Shown here: in pieces, positions 25,582 to 37,959 of the stretch | How positions within the stretch are numbered: the stretch's first letter is position 1 | Layout of the letters: each line of letters starts with the position of its first letter | Source: Pristiophorus japonicus | Taxonomy: Eukaryota | NCBI RefSeq assembly: GCF_044704955.1 | Contig: NC_091982.1 | Span: 174,344,001 to 174,408,000 of the forward strand | DNA: 64,000 nt | Direction of reading: 5' to 3' | Translations under genes and position numbers: made by a program | The notes under the pieces: generated by a model | What the model saw: the letters and a program-made list of their open reading frames with translations, nothing else | Databases searched by the model: none | Told to the model about the DNA's origin: nothing

Positions 25582-27278
25582 ACAAGGTGCCACATAAAAG
25601 GTTACTGCACAAGATAAACGTTCACTGGGTTGGGAGTAATGTATTAAGCATGGATAGAGGATTGGCTAACTTAAAACAGAGAGTCGGGATAAATGGTTCA
25701 TTCTGGGTTTGGCAATCAGTAACTAGCGAGGTGCCACAGAGATCAGTGCTGGGCTCTCAGCTATTTACAATCTATATTAATGACTTGGACGAAGGGACTG
25801 AGTGTAACATAGCCAAGTTTGCTGATGATACAAAGATGGGAGGAAAAGCAATGTGAGGACACACAAAACCTGCAAAAGGACATAGACAGGCTAAATGAGT
25901 GGGCAAAAATTTGGCAGATGGAGTATAATGTTGGAAAGTTTGAAGTTATACACTTTGGCAGAAAAAAAATCAAAGAGCAAGTTATTATTTAAATGGAGAA
26001 AAATTGCAAAGTGCTGCAGTACAGCAGGACCTGGGGGTCGGTGCATGAAACACAAAAGGATAGTATGCAGGTACAGCAAGTGATCAGGAAGGCCAATGGA
26101 ATATTAACCTTTATTGCAAAAGGGATGGAGTATAAAAGCAGGGAAGTCTTGCTATAGTTATACAGGATATTGGTGAGGCCACACCTGGAATACTGCGTGC
26201 AGTTTTGGTTTCCATATTTGAGAAAGGATATACTTGCTTTGGAGGCTGTTCAGAGAAGGTTCGCTAGATTGATTCCGGAGATGAGGGGGTTGACGTATGA
26301 GAAAAAGTCGAGAAAGTTGGGCCTCTTCTCTTGGAATTCAGAAGAATGAGAGGTGATCTTATCAAAACGTATAAGATTATGAGGGGGCTTGACAAGGTGG
26401 ATGCAGAGAGGATGTTTCCACTGACAGGGGACACTAGAACTAGTGGGCATAATCTTAGAATAAGGGGCCGCCCATTAAAATGAGATGAGGAGGAATTTCT
26501 TCCCTCAGAGGGTTGTAAATCTGTGGAATTTGCTGCCTCAGAGAGCTGTGGAAACTGGGTCACTGAATAAATTTAAGACAGAGATAAACAGTTTCTTAAC
26601 CGATGAGACCGATAAGGGAATAAGGGGTTATGGGGAGCGGGCAGGGAAGTGGACCTGAGTCCATTGTAGAATCAGCCATGATCGTGTTAAATAGCGGAGC
26701 AGGCTCGAGGGGCCATATGTTCCAGTCCTGCTCCTATTTCTTATGTTATGTAAATCATTCAGGGACCCCATCCACCTGAATCCATGCAAAAAAAAATAAA
26801 GAAAAGTGGACTAACCTTTTTTTGCAGGTCTTCATACTTATCGTTGACCTGCTTCCATGCGGCGGTCTTTTCCCCTGTTGCAGTGGAGGACCAAACTGGC
26901 AGCTCAGCAGGCGGGAGGACTCTTCTGGGCAGCGCACGCCAGCAGACAGTACCCTGCCGATGGGAGGCCTCCATCAAACTCACTCAAAGGGGAGACGGAC
27001 CAGAAACTAGGGAGACCGCCGAGAAAACTCGGTGACAGCTGACGGTATGTCCACCAATTTTGGGCCCAATGTCTTAAGATTTTATTTAAAATGTTGCCCT
27101 TGAGATCTTGTTTCTCTGTGGTAACTCTTCAATTAGCTGACTTACAGTCAGTGCTCCTGTCATCAGTTTATAAAAGGTGCACGTGCAATAAGATGGGGGC
27201 AGTCAAATTTTCCCTTCTAATATGAGGACCTTTACTATATCAGGGTGCTTCATCAAGTAGGAATTGTGTATTAGTATA

Positions 27279-27420
27279 GTATTAGGCAGTCCCTCGTGTC
27301 GAGGATGACCCGCTTCCACACCAAAAAGGGATGAGTTCACAGGTGTTTCCCGAATTACATCCTGAACGGTGGAAGATGCCTGTGCATGAATTCTTTTAAC
27401 ATGGGGTGGCCATTGCACAC
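27279..27420 (-). mobile_element. RTE-tailed SINE fragment cut off by CR1
   Basis: Near-identical to 21266-21410; ends abruptly at a CR1 tail. Confidence 0.65.
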
Positions 27421-28512
27421 CATAGAAAATAGGTGCAGGAGCATGCCATTGGGCCCTTCGAGCCTGCACCGCCATTCAATATGATAATGGCTGATCATGC
27501 AACCTCAGTACCCCAGCCCTGCCTTCTCTCCATACCCCCTGATCCCTTTAGCCATAAGGGCCACATCTAACTCCCTTTTGAATATGTCCAACGCACTGGA
27601 TTCAGCAACTTTCTGTGGCAGAGAATTCCACAGGTTCACAACTCTCTAGGTGAAAAAGTTTCTCCTCATCTCGGTCCTATATGGCTTACCCCTTATCTTT
27701 AGACTGTGACCCCTGGTTCTGGACTTCCCCAACATCGGGAACATTCTACCTGCATCTAACCTGTCTCGTCCCGTCAGAATTTTATAAGTTTCTATGAGAT
27801 TCCCTCTCATTCTTCTAAATTCCAGTGAGTATAAGCCTAGCCGATCCAGTCTTTCCTCATATGTCAGTCCTGCCATCCCGGGAATCAGTTTGGTGAACCT
27901 TCGTTGCACTCCCTCAATAGCAAGCACGTCCTTCCTCAGATTAGGAGACCAAAACTGCACACAATACTCAAGATGTGGTCTCACCAAGGCCTTGTACAAC
28001 TGCAGTAAGACCTCCCTGCTCCTATACTCAAATCGCCTCGCTAAGAAGGCCAGCATGCCATTTGCTTTCTTTACTGCCTGCTGTACCTGCATGCCTACCT
28101 TCAATGACTGATGTATCATGGCACCCAGATCTCTTTGCACCTCCCCTTTTACTAATCTGTCACCATTCAAATAATAATCTGCCTTCCTGTTTTTACCACA
28201 AAAGTGGATAACCTCACACTTATCCACATTATACTGCATCTGCCATGCATTTGCCCATTCACCTAACCTGTCCAAAACCCTCTGCAGCCTCTTAGCATAC
28301 TCCTCGCAGCTCGCACTGCCACCCAGCTTAGTGTCATCTGAAAACTTGGAGATATTACCTTCAATTCCTTCATCTAAATCATTAATGTATATTGTAAATA
28401 GCTGGGGTCCCAGCACTGAACCCTGCGGTACCCCACTAGACACTGCCATCCATTCTGAAAAGGACCTGTTTATTCACACTCTTTGCTTCCTGTCTGCCAA
28501 CCAGTTCTCTAT
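27421..28512 (-). mobile_element. CR1 LINE 3' part
   Basis: ORF 27646-28449(-) SGVPQGSVLGPQLF...FSDDTKLGG...LEYCVQFW. Confidence 0.92.
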
Positions 28513-29237
28513 GGACCACATCCAGGTCTTGTGACTTCTCCTCCCTCTCTCTCTCTCTCCCTCCCCCCCCCACCCCCTCCAATTAATTGCAGTCTTGTGA
28601 CTCTCCCCTCCCCCAAACTCATTGCAGTCTTGTGCTGGGTGCAGCAGCCTTCCGGGCTCAGTGCCGAAGCCTTCCGATTGCCATCTCCCTCCTCCCCCGC
28701 CCCCCCCCACACCGGGCTTGTTTTCCAGCCGAGCCCCGAGCCCGTGTCTGGGCGCGGGGCCAATTCTGACTGCCAAAGCAATGACCTCCCTCCAGCCCTG
28801 CTGGAAGACATTTGGTGATGGTGTGTGAGTAAAAAAAAAAATGAAAACCTCAGAAATCCAAGAAACTTCCATGTACTCTATTGAGATGTAAAAAAAGTTG
28901 AACTCTATTATGGATATTTCAAGTGTTGGAGACTCCCTCCAAAAACTTCGATGAAAAATGCCGTCTTTCAGCACCAATTTTTCAATTTGCGCTGCTTTCT
29001 GTTAACTCACCAGAGGGTTTTTCGGGAGTGGCCAGATACACCGACCTAGAATAAAATTTTTTTTGGCAAACTGCGAAAATTGCTGAAAACAGGCGCAGAC
29101 ATGCCTGGTGTCAAAAAACCTAATCTAGAAAAATCATAATTAAAGCAGTTACGCTGGCAGAGATTCCAGGGGGAAACTTTGAATTAAATAATTACGCCTG
29201 AAAAAAATGGCGCAAATGATCCGGGAAAATTGAGCCC
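28513..29237. mobile_element. Single-ended Harbinger fragment related to the right end of 2787-6808
   Basis: Colinear with ~6290-6808 (ccagccctgct...gtgtgtgagt...gttacgc...gggggaaacttt...gggaaaattgagccc). Confidence 0.8.
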
Positions 29238-29840
29238 CATAAGTTGTTTATTTCTTAACTTGCAAGTTTAGAACAATTTCTAAATTCAGTGAATTTTTTA
29301 ATGTTAAACTTCCAGGACTTTGTGTGAATGGGGCACTAAATTCAGTCAGAAATTGAAAGGTAGCATCATGGGTAACACATTGCTTTAATAACCCTTTACT
29401 ATGGCAATGCTGTTGGCTTAGCAGAAACAAAGATAGGCTGGAATTTCGTCTGATTTGCACCCATTTAGCGCCTGGGTGGGGCGCAAAAACGAGGCGCACA
29501 AGATTTTGCGCCCGGGTGGAATTTTCATCAATGGTTTTGTGGCGGCGCTAAAACTTAGCCCCCACCTGCTGTTTTGACCATTTGGATGATGTAAATCGTC
29601 GTGCATTGCTGCGCAAGCGCCCCGGGTGGTACTTTTGAGCATATCGCCCGATTTAGCGTCTGCCAGGTAACTCGGCAACAAAAAGCAGTCGGACCCAGAG
29701 CGCATCAGGCGCTAACAGCGCCATCTTGAAAACGGAGGAGAAAGTTGGAATTCTGAGTGATTAAAAGCATTGGGAGAAAAATGCTGTGTTACTGCATACT
29801 TTTGATTGTAAAGTTTGTGAGTTTATAGTTTGTTATGAAG

Positions 29841-32467
29841 ATGGGGGCTATGCAATGTCAGCCAGTAATCCTGGCTGCTCTATATATACGGCGTCGAGCT
29901 GCAAAGAAGGCTTATTGGTGATCATTTTCAACGTAATCAAAGAGGTCGCAGATGTATGGAGAGGAGGCCTTACTCCCCATGAGTTTACAGGGAACATCGC
30001 TCGTACCTGTAGCTCTCTGAGGCACAGTGCGTTAGAAGGCTGCGCTTCCGAAAAGAGGTGGTCACAGAGATATGCCAGCTCATTCAGGCAGACCTACAGC
30101 CTACCAGCGGCAACAGGACTGGACTGCCCATTGAGGTGAAGGTGACTGTGGCACTTGCCTTCTATGCTTGCGGTTCCTTTCAGGCATCAGCGGGGGACAT
30201 ATGCTCTATCTCGCAGCATGCTTCACATTGCTGCATTCGTCAGGTGACTACTGCACTGTACGCACGCAGGATGGACTTCATAAACTTCTCAATGACCAAG
30301 GAGACCCAAAATGAGAAGGCTGTAGGATTTGGATGATTTGCTGGATTCCCCAAGGTTCAGGGTGCCCTTGACTGTACACACATCACCCCGCGAGCACCTT
30401 TACGGAATCCAGACGTTTACCGAAACTGAAAGGGATTCCATTCCATGAACGTACAGATCATCTGCGACCATACTCAGTGCATCATGGCAGTCAATGTCCA
30501 ATATCCAGGGCACATGCATGATGCTTTCATCTTGCGTGAGAGCAGTGTCTCACACGTTTCATGAAAATAGGTGCAGGAGCAGGCCATTCGGCCTTTCGAG
30601 CCTGCACCACCATTCAATATGATCATGGCTGATCATTCAACTTCAGTACCCCACTCCTGCCTTCTCTCCATACCCCCTGATCCCTTTAGCCATAAGGGCC
30701 ACATCTAACTCCCTTTTGAATATATCCAACAAACTGGACTCAACAACTTTTTGTGGTAGAGAATTCCATAGGTTCACAATTCTCTGAGTGAAAAAGTTTC
30801 TCCTCATCTCGGTCCTAGATGGCATACCCCTTATCCATAGACTGTGACCCCTGATACTGGACTTCCCCAACATCGGGAACATTCTTCCTGCATCTAACCT
30901 GTCCAATCCCATCAGAAATCTATATGCTTCTATGAGATCCCCTCTCATTCTTCTAAATTCCAGTCAATATAGGCCTAGTCGATCCAGCCTTTCTTCATAT
31001 GTCAGTCCTGTCATCCCAGGAATCAGTCTGGTGGACCTTTGTTGCAATCCCTCAATAGCAAGAATGTCCTTCCTCAGATTGAGAGACCAAAACTGCACAC
31101 AATACTCAAGGCTCTGTACAACTGCAGCAAGACCTCCCTGCTCCTATACTCAAATCCTCTCGCTATGAAGGCCAACATGCCATTTGCTTTCTTGACTGCC
31201 TGCTGTTGCTGCATGCCTACTTTCAATGACTGATGTACCATAACACCCAGGACTCGTTGCACCTCCCCTTTTACTAATCTGTCACCATTCAGATAATATT
31301 TTGCCTTCCTATTTTTGCCACCAGTGGATAACCTCACACTTATCCACATTATACTGCATCTGCCATGTATTTGCCCACTCACCTAACCTGTCTAAGTCAC
31401 CCTGCAGCCTCTTAGCGTCCTTCTCACAGCTCACACTGCCACCCAGCTTAGTGTCATCTTCAAACTTGGGAGATATTACATTCAATTCCTTTGTCTAAAT
31501 CATTAATATATATTGTAAATAGCCGGAGTCCCAGCACTGAACCCCACTAGTCACTGCCTGCCGTTCTGAAAAGGACCTGTTTATTCCCACTCTTTGCTTC
31601 CTGTCTGCCAACCAGTTCTCTATCCACGTTAATACATTACCCCCAATCCCATGTGCCTTAATTTTGCACATTAATCTCTTGTGTAGGACCTTGTCAAAAG
31701 CCTTTTGAAAGTCCAAATACACCAGACCCACTGGTTCTCCCTTGTCCACTCTACTAGTTACATCCTCAAATAATTCCAGAAGATTTGTCAATCATGATTT
31801 CCCTTTCATAAATCCATGCTGACTTGGACCAATCCTGTCACTGCTTTCCAAATGCGCTGCTATTTCATCTTTAATAATTGATTCCAGCATTTTCCCCACT
31901 ACCGATGTCAGGCTAACCAGTCAATAATTCTCCGTTTTCTCTCTCTCTCCTTTTTTAAAAAGTGTGGTTATATTAGCTACCCTCCAATCCATAGGAACTG
32001 ATCCAGCTTCAACCACAAGGTCAGAGCTGGATGCTGGGGAACAAAGGTTACGGCTTTGCCACCTGGCTCATGACCCCCCCCCCCCACACCCAGAACCCTC
32101 AAACAGAAGCCGAGCATCGCTATAATGAGAACCATGCAGCCATATGCAACATTATCGAACAGACAATTGGAGTGCTCAAGCAGCGCTTCCGATGCCTGGA
32201 TTACTCTGGAGGCTGTCTGCAATACTCCCTCAGCAGGTCTCTGAGTTCATTGTAATGTGCTGCATGCTACACAACTTAGCCATCATGAGGGGACAGGATT
32301 TGCCAATGCGGTTTGCAGAACCACCTCAGGAGAGAGGGAAGGAGAAGTAAGATGAGCCTGGCGAGGAATCCATGCCACCACCACCACAACCACAGAAGAG
32401 GCATCGTGAAAATTGCACTGTTGCAAAAGCCTTACATCAGCAGCTCATAATTGAATGCTTTGCTTGA
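29841..32467 (+). pseudogene. Harbinger DDE transposase split by CR1
   Basis: EICQLIQADLQP...IEVKVTVALAFYACGSFQ; GFPKVQGALDCTH; after the CR1, LGNKGYG...IEQTIGVLKQRFRCLD...CCMLHNLA. Confidence 0.88.
30562..32002 (-). mobile_element. CR1 LINE fragment inside the Harbinger transposase
   Basis: ORFs 30643-31791(-) give CR1 RT; tail aaaataggtgcaggag. Confidence 0.9.
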
Positions 32468-32698
32468 AGAGTGAACGGCCGTTTGACCATTGCCTGGTCA
32501 CTCTATCCCACCATGTTGACTATTTCCCCTCTTATTCTGCAAATGAGACACTACACAGGAATGGTTAAGGTGAACAAAATAATTTATTAAACATTGTAAA
32601 CTTTGTCAACGTCCCCACTATCTTTTCCCCCCGGTTTCCCCCCCCCTTACTTGCTGCTCCTAACCCAAGTGGTACTAAGATGGCGTGCAGCAACATTG

Positions 32699-34444
32699 TT
32701 AGAGCGGTGTTGGGGATAGAGACAATGGAGGCGCCGTCTGGGGACACACTGGACCAGCTTGTACCGTGGGAGGCCCAGCTTCTAACTGGCAAGCCTCTTC
32801 ATCAGCGTCGACAGTCACAGGCGGTTGGGGTTTGGGTGTGCCAGTGGGGAACGCAGAGAGTATGGCGGAAGGGTTTATGGACTGCATCACCTGTCCAAGC
32901 TGGAGCAACGCTTGTGCCTGTGATGCAGCATATTCCGCAAGACGTCGCGCCGCACTCATCGGGACTCCAGTGTCACTGTTGGAGGTCATTGGCCTCGTGT
33001 GGGCACTGATGGCTTCGCAGGTTTCACGGCTTGCACCGACAGTCTGCGATCCTACCTCCGTAATGGTCGCAGTGAGAGTCTTGATGGTCGCGGGAATCCT
33101 ACCCAAGACATTAAGGAGCTGATAGGTGAGGTGAATGCTCTCCCCCGACAGTCCCACCTTAGACAGGCAGGCGTGGAACTGGACATCAGCAGACCGACTT
33201 TGCCGTCTCACCCTCCAGAGAGATGGCATATGGGATTCGATCCCAGAACTGCGTTGCTGCACATCACTAGTCCCAGGAGCCTCGGAGTTTTCAAACCCAG
33301 AGAAAGTTACGTCATTGTCCTAGACGAGGCGAGTGCCGGTGGTAAAAGAGGGGTGGATTGCATTTGCCCCGGAGTCGACTGATCTGCAAACTCGTCCTCT
33401 TCTTCTTCTTCTTCCTCCTCCACATGACGGCCTGACGTGGAGTGTTGCTTTGAGGGATGCTGCGGCTGTGGCGGGTCATCTGGAAGTACAAAGCAACAGA
33501 CGAGTGGTTAGCAGCAGGGGAGGGGGTAGGGTGACATGAGGGAGGTCGCATAGCACAGGCTCATTTGAAGGACCGCCTCCACTCCATTATATCTAGTCCA
33601 CTGACACTGCATGACATTGCCCCAACCCAGCCCAGGGAGTGTGCAAGTCTTACCCACAGTATCCAAGTGGGGGGTCAGCACCCCCAGTGGCAGTGCCTCG
33701 ACCTGAGACGCCAATGAGGCCTGCCACTCTCTTCTCGATGTCGGTGAGTGGCAGAGTTTGAGGCGAACCGCCGCCTGTCCGCACCTGCTCGCGCCGATTG
33801 TGTGGCTTTTTTGCCTGCAAAGATGAAAATGGGAATGCTTACAATAGGGTCCATCTGCTCTTGTGGCACACAGATAGCCACCAAAGCACTTATCCATACT
33901 ATCTGAATGTAATACAGTCCTCTGTTTAATGGCCTTGGAAGTTGCACGTGGTTCATCAGGAGGACATTGAAGTGGGGAGCCATCTTATGAGATCTCAGAA
34001 AGCAATCTTAATAATGTGTAAAGATCCTCAATGGTAAATAGATTGCCAAACTAAGCCTACCTATGGGTCATGCATTTTAGGAGGCAACCCAGAGTGCTGA
34101 GAGACAGCATGAGAACACCCACAGACTGCTGACAGTCACCAAAAGCATGAGAACAAATAGTGTCGGATTTATAATTGAAGTAATGAAGGAGTGCACGAAT
34201 AAAAATTGAACTCACTCTAACATCCCTCAAAAGATCATTGAACTTTTTTCAGCCCTGTTGCCACTCCTGATCACTGTGTCTGAGGCAGAGACCTCCTCAG
34301 CGATTTCCTTCCATATGCGATTAAAAATGGATGGCAGGGGTCTAGATCCAGCCCTCCGATATAACTCCTGCCATCTTCTCTCCACAGCCCCCACTAGAGC
34401 TTAGTTAGCCTTGTGGCACGCTGTCTCGACTCCTCATCCTCCAT
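32699..34444 (-). pseudogene. Harbinger Myb/SANT-like gene remnant
   Basis: Minus strand MEDEESRQRA...IWKEIAEEVSA...KKFNDLLRDVR|gtgagt, then RTGADRRR-like and acidic segments. Confidence 0.65.
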
Positions 34445-35164
34445 GATCAAAATCCAAATTGAAAATGGCTGATTCAGCCCCGGGTGTATTGCGCATTTGC
34501 ATTTGCGATCGGACAGCAGACCAGAAGCACGGGAAGAAAAAAAATAATTTGCGCATGTGCAGAACAGCTGAATTTTTTAGTGCTGGAACATTCGGCTCCG
34601 GCACACAAATTGTGTGGTGTAACACCGGGGTTAGCACTGACGTTCCTCATGAACTGTCATTTGCTGAAAGTTGCGTGCTCTGGCGCCAACGCTAACCCGG
34701 CACTAAATTTTTGATTTTGCAGCGATTTGTGCCCGGAAACGGGTGAAAATGCAAAAACCCGAAAATCCAGCTCATTTCATTAATATGCATCTGTCCAGAC
34801 TTTTATACAAAACATTAATTTGAAGAGTTTACACTTGCAGTGTCAATATACTCTTTCCTTCAAAGCAGTGATGATAAATGCATCTTCAGATAAGTGATCT
34901 TATCCCAGGATATTATTGCAAAAACTACATCAGCTAATGTGCTGAGATGCTTTCAGCAGTAAATGTTTATTAATACATTTAACAGGGCCACAATAACCCC
35001 ATATCAGACAGGTGTGTATGTCTCCGATGGCACTGTTCACTGTGAATCTGAGGTTATGCTGTTGCTAGGAGATACACATCTCTGCAGAAAAGATTTTGAA
35101 AGTTTGAAAACCATGAAGTACATTTTTTTGATTGGTTGCTGGAAAATATCTAGCATTTCCCCTG

Positions 35165-35335
35165 ACAACAACTTGCATTTATATTGCACTTTTAACATAG
35201 TAAAACGTTCCAAGGTGCTTCTTAGGAGTGTTAGTCAGCAGAATTTGATACAAAATCACATAAGAAGATATTAAGACAGGTGACCAAAAGCTTGATCAGA
35301 GTAGGAGGTTTTAAGGGGCATCTTAAAAGGAGAGG
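35165..35335 (-). mobile_element. L2 3' tail fragment
   Basis: acaacaacttgcatttatattgcac...tgaccaaaagcttg, as at 12786. Confidence 0.7.
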
Positions 35336-35599
35336 CATCCACTATATCGATAAATAAATTAGTTCCCCTTACAGACTACACTTCTATCAATAAATAAATA
35401 AATAAATACATCTTAGAATGTAATATATTGTACCTGCAGGAGGGCAATTTTAACCTAAACCACCCGGTATTAAACAGATATCAGAACGACCACCCAGTTT
35501 TATTTCCAGCGATGTGTGTACCTATTGCTTTTACAGAGTCTGTGCAACGACTTTTTTTTTAACATTTATAGCTTATAATTAGGACCGTTTCGCGTTATC

Positions 35600-35865
35600 A
35601 GCTGCTGAGAGCCGTATCAGCTTTTACGTTTTAAAGTTTAATTTGTTTTAATTGCCGGTGCTTTTAGTGTCCCCTTCCCTTTTATAGGGGGCACTGGGGA
35701 AAAAAGGTGATTTTAGTGCCCAAAAAAAAAGAAAAACACAAAAAAAACCCCCAAAAAAACAGAAAAAGAGGGCCTTGTAAATGTCTGGTGTGTCATCCAG
35801 GTCGGGTGGCACCGATTAATGTTTTTGTTTTGCAGATAAACTCCAAAAAGAGTTTTAAAAATTGG
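35600..35865 (+). mobile_element. Possible Tx1/L1-clade LINE 3' UTR remnant
   Basis: Hairpin agtgtcccct...agggggcact, A-rich runs and an aaaaagagt end; family assignment is from memory only. Confidence 0.3.
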
Positions 35866-35894
35866 TTGGTTAGTTCTTGCTAATTTTCCAGACA

Positions 35895-36185
35895 GGTTTC
35901 AGCCAGCGGGTTGTACGGTTTACAGCTCCACTGGACCATCTTTCGTTTCTTTACTTGTCCCATTGCCATCCCATGTTGCCTTGCACCATCATCCCTTAAT
36001 CACTCCTACCTTTCAACCCGTTGCAGACCTTCCCTTTTGCTTTTTCTCCCCCTCCCAACTTTTCCTGCCTCTGTACTTGCTTAAACCCATCTTTTGCCAG
36101 TTCTGAAAAAGGTCATCAACCTGAAATGTTAACTATTTCTCTCCACAGACGCTACTGAGTAATTCCATCATTTTCTGTATTTATA
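35895..36185 (+). mobile_element. Penelope-like terminal repeat with a degenerate hammerhead motif
   Basis: agtt-ctgaaaa-aggtcatcaacct-gaaatgtt-aact, followed by ctctccacagacgct...cattttctgtatttat; homologous to 41286-41384. Confidence 0.55.
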
Positions 36186-36309
36186 TAACGCCTTTCACCT
36201 CAGGACGTCCCAAAGAGCAATCTGTTTGAGTGCTGTAGCCTCTCAGGGCGTAGAGTTTTGACTTATTTTGTCTTTAGTTGCGCCATAATTATTGAACATT
36301 TTTCCTTCT

Positions 36310-36995
36310 GCACTTCCATGGCAACGCTGCTCCTCTGGCAAACTTACTTCCCACGGGCGGGGACGGTTTCTCGGCAGCGGGAGGGCCGGAACCGACAGTT
36401 CCAAGGCGGCGTCAACCGCGACCGCCCTCCGGCGGGGCTTCAACTGAGCTGTCTAACACATTGCCAATCATTAAAAAAAAACAGTAGAGGCTAAACATGT
36501 TTTAAAAATAAACTATAAAAAAAAATACGCCTTATTTTTTGTAATAGGAGCAGCTCCTTTTGAAGTAATTGGTGTTGAAGTGTGGTGTGAGGAAGAGCAG
36601 GCAGGCGGGCGGAGGCCGAGGTCAGGGGGTGTTTGTGTGAAAAGGCCTGAGTCAGAGCGGCAGCACAGAACTCGAGCCGGGACCCAGGACAGCCAGCCAG
36701 CGACAGCACCGAGCGAGGCGCCTCCTCTGCGGCTACAACATGATTACCTCGGCCGGTGAGTGAGTGAGAGAGTCGGCCTACCTATTCCCAATTGACTCGC
36801 TTTAAGAGTGAATGAAGTTGCGGGCTCCCCGTGGCTGATTCTCCCAACGGTCCCGGCGCCGGCCCGCACTGGCCTAGTTTGGAAGCGCCTTTTCTGGCTT
36901 GAACGACTTGTTTTCAAGTTGGCACCGCGCAGCTGAGTCACTGAATTAATGAGGCCTGAGAGCGGGCGCTGAAACCCCGGGGCTGCTTTCAGCAA
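36310..36995 (+). promoter_or_regulatory. CpG-rich promoter / 5' UTR / intron-1 start of PSMD1
   Basis: Non-repeat GC/CpG-rich island around the ATG exon; X-box-like ccatggcaac (36316-36325), ccggaa, ccaat, tgagtca (36648-36654) and ARE gctgagtcac (36932-36941). Confidence 0.75.
36740..36755 (+). CDS. PSMD1: 26S proteasome non-ATPase regulatory subunit 1 (Rpn2), exon 1
   Basis: acaacATG ATT ACC TCG GCC G|gtgagt = MITSA, the known PSMD1 N-terminus. Confidence 0.93.
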
Positions 36996-37137
36996 CACCC
37001 AGCCAACAGGATTGAATTAGAATCTATTGTTTTACTGTAATCGCACAGGAGAGGGTGGCTTCTCGACAGAAAATAAAGCCAAATGCACCATTAATGTCCC
37101 TAACTTCAGAGCGGTGTCCATGAGATACATGTGTCGA

Positions 37138-37632
37138 CAACAACAACTTGTATTTATATAGCGCCTTTTAATGTTGTAAATCGTCCCAAGGCGTTTCAGG
37201 GGAGCGTTATCAAACAAAATTTGACACTGAGCCACATAAGGAGATACATGTATGTAGTAGGACATGTGAGCAAAACTTGATCAAAGAGGTACGTTTTAAG
37301 GAGTGTCTGAAAGGAGGAAAGGTTTAGGGAATTCCAGAGCTTAGGGCATTGGTGGATCGATTTAAAATCAAGGATGCTCAAGAGGCCAGAATTAGAAGAG
37401 TGCCGATATCTCGGAGGCTTGTAGGGCTGCAGGAGGTTACAGTGAGGCCATGGAGGGATTTGAAAACAGGATGAGAATTTTAAAAGTGTGGTGTTGCTTA
37501 ACCAGGAGTCAAAGTAGGCCAGCGAGCACAGGGGTGATGGGTGAACAGGACTTGGTCCGAGTTAGGATACGGGCAGCAGAGTTTTGGATGATCGCAAGTT
37601 TACGGCGGGTAGAATGTGAGGCGCCGTCCAGG
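37138..37632 (-). mobile_element. L2 LINE 3' end in intron 1
   Basis: acaacaacaacttgtatttatatagcgcc tail; antisense PKLWNSL. Confidence 0.8.
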
Positions 37633-37959
37633 ACCATAAGGTGGTGTTGGATTTATATTGTGTGGTCAGTAAATCCATGGAAGTATAAGCGAGTGAACAG
37701 CTATTTATAGTAAGCTGTCCATAAATCTAGGGGGCGGTGTAATGGAGTGAGGGCAGATGTGCACTGTCCTCTCAGTGTTGCTAAATCCATGATATAAAAA
37801 GGGAGATGACTTTATTCCTAAATCAAGGTCAATAAGGATGGATTCATAGTTTGATGTTATTGTCTCTAATTGGAGTGATCGGGAGCAAGTGCGCAATACC
37901 TTTCATTTATTTAGCATCTTTAACACAGCAAATGCCCAAGGATAGGGGAATGAACATTG

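Larger units (their letters stand above)
21960..26752 (+). mobile_element. CR1 LINE (ttcttatg-tail subfamily), split at ~22802/25580
   Basis: ORF2 remnants read on through the interruption (...aaggcatttgacaa | ggtgccacataaaagg = [10 protein letters not shown]); tail atttcttatgttatg. Confidence 0.88.
21684..27067. mobile_element. Harbinger-type MITE expanded by nested retroelements
   Basis: TIRs gggcccgaaattggtg / caccaattttgggccc with AAT TSD on both sides; own sequence is ~21684-21960 plus ~26753-27067. Confidence 0.85.
29435..34773. mobile_element. Second two-gene Harbinger transposon, degenerate and interrupted by CR1
   Basis: TIRs aggctggaatttcg / cgaaaatccagctc; transposase on +, Myb/SANT gene on -. 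Confidence 0.85.

Noticed and set aside
4951-32467. HARBI1- or NAIF1-like domesticated host genes
   Set aside because: Both transposase/Myb pairs lie between TIRs and have frameshifts, stops or insertions, so they are transposon relics.
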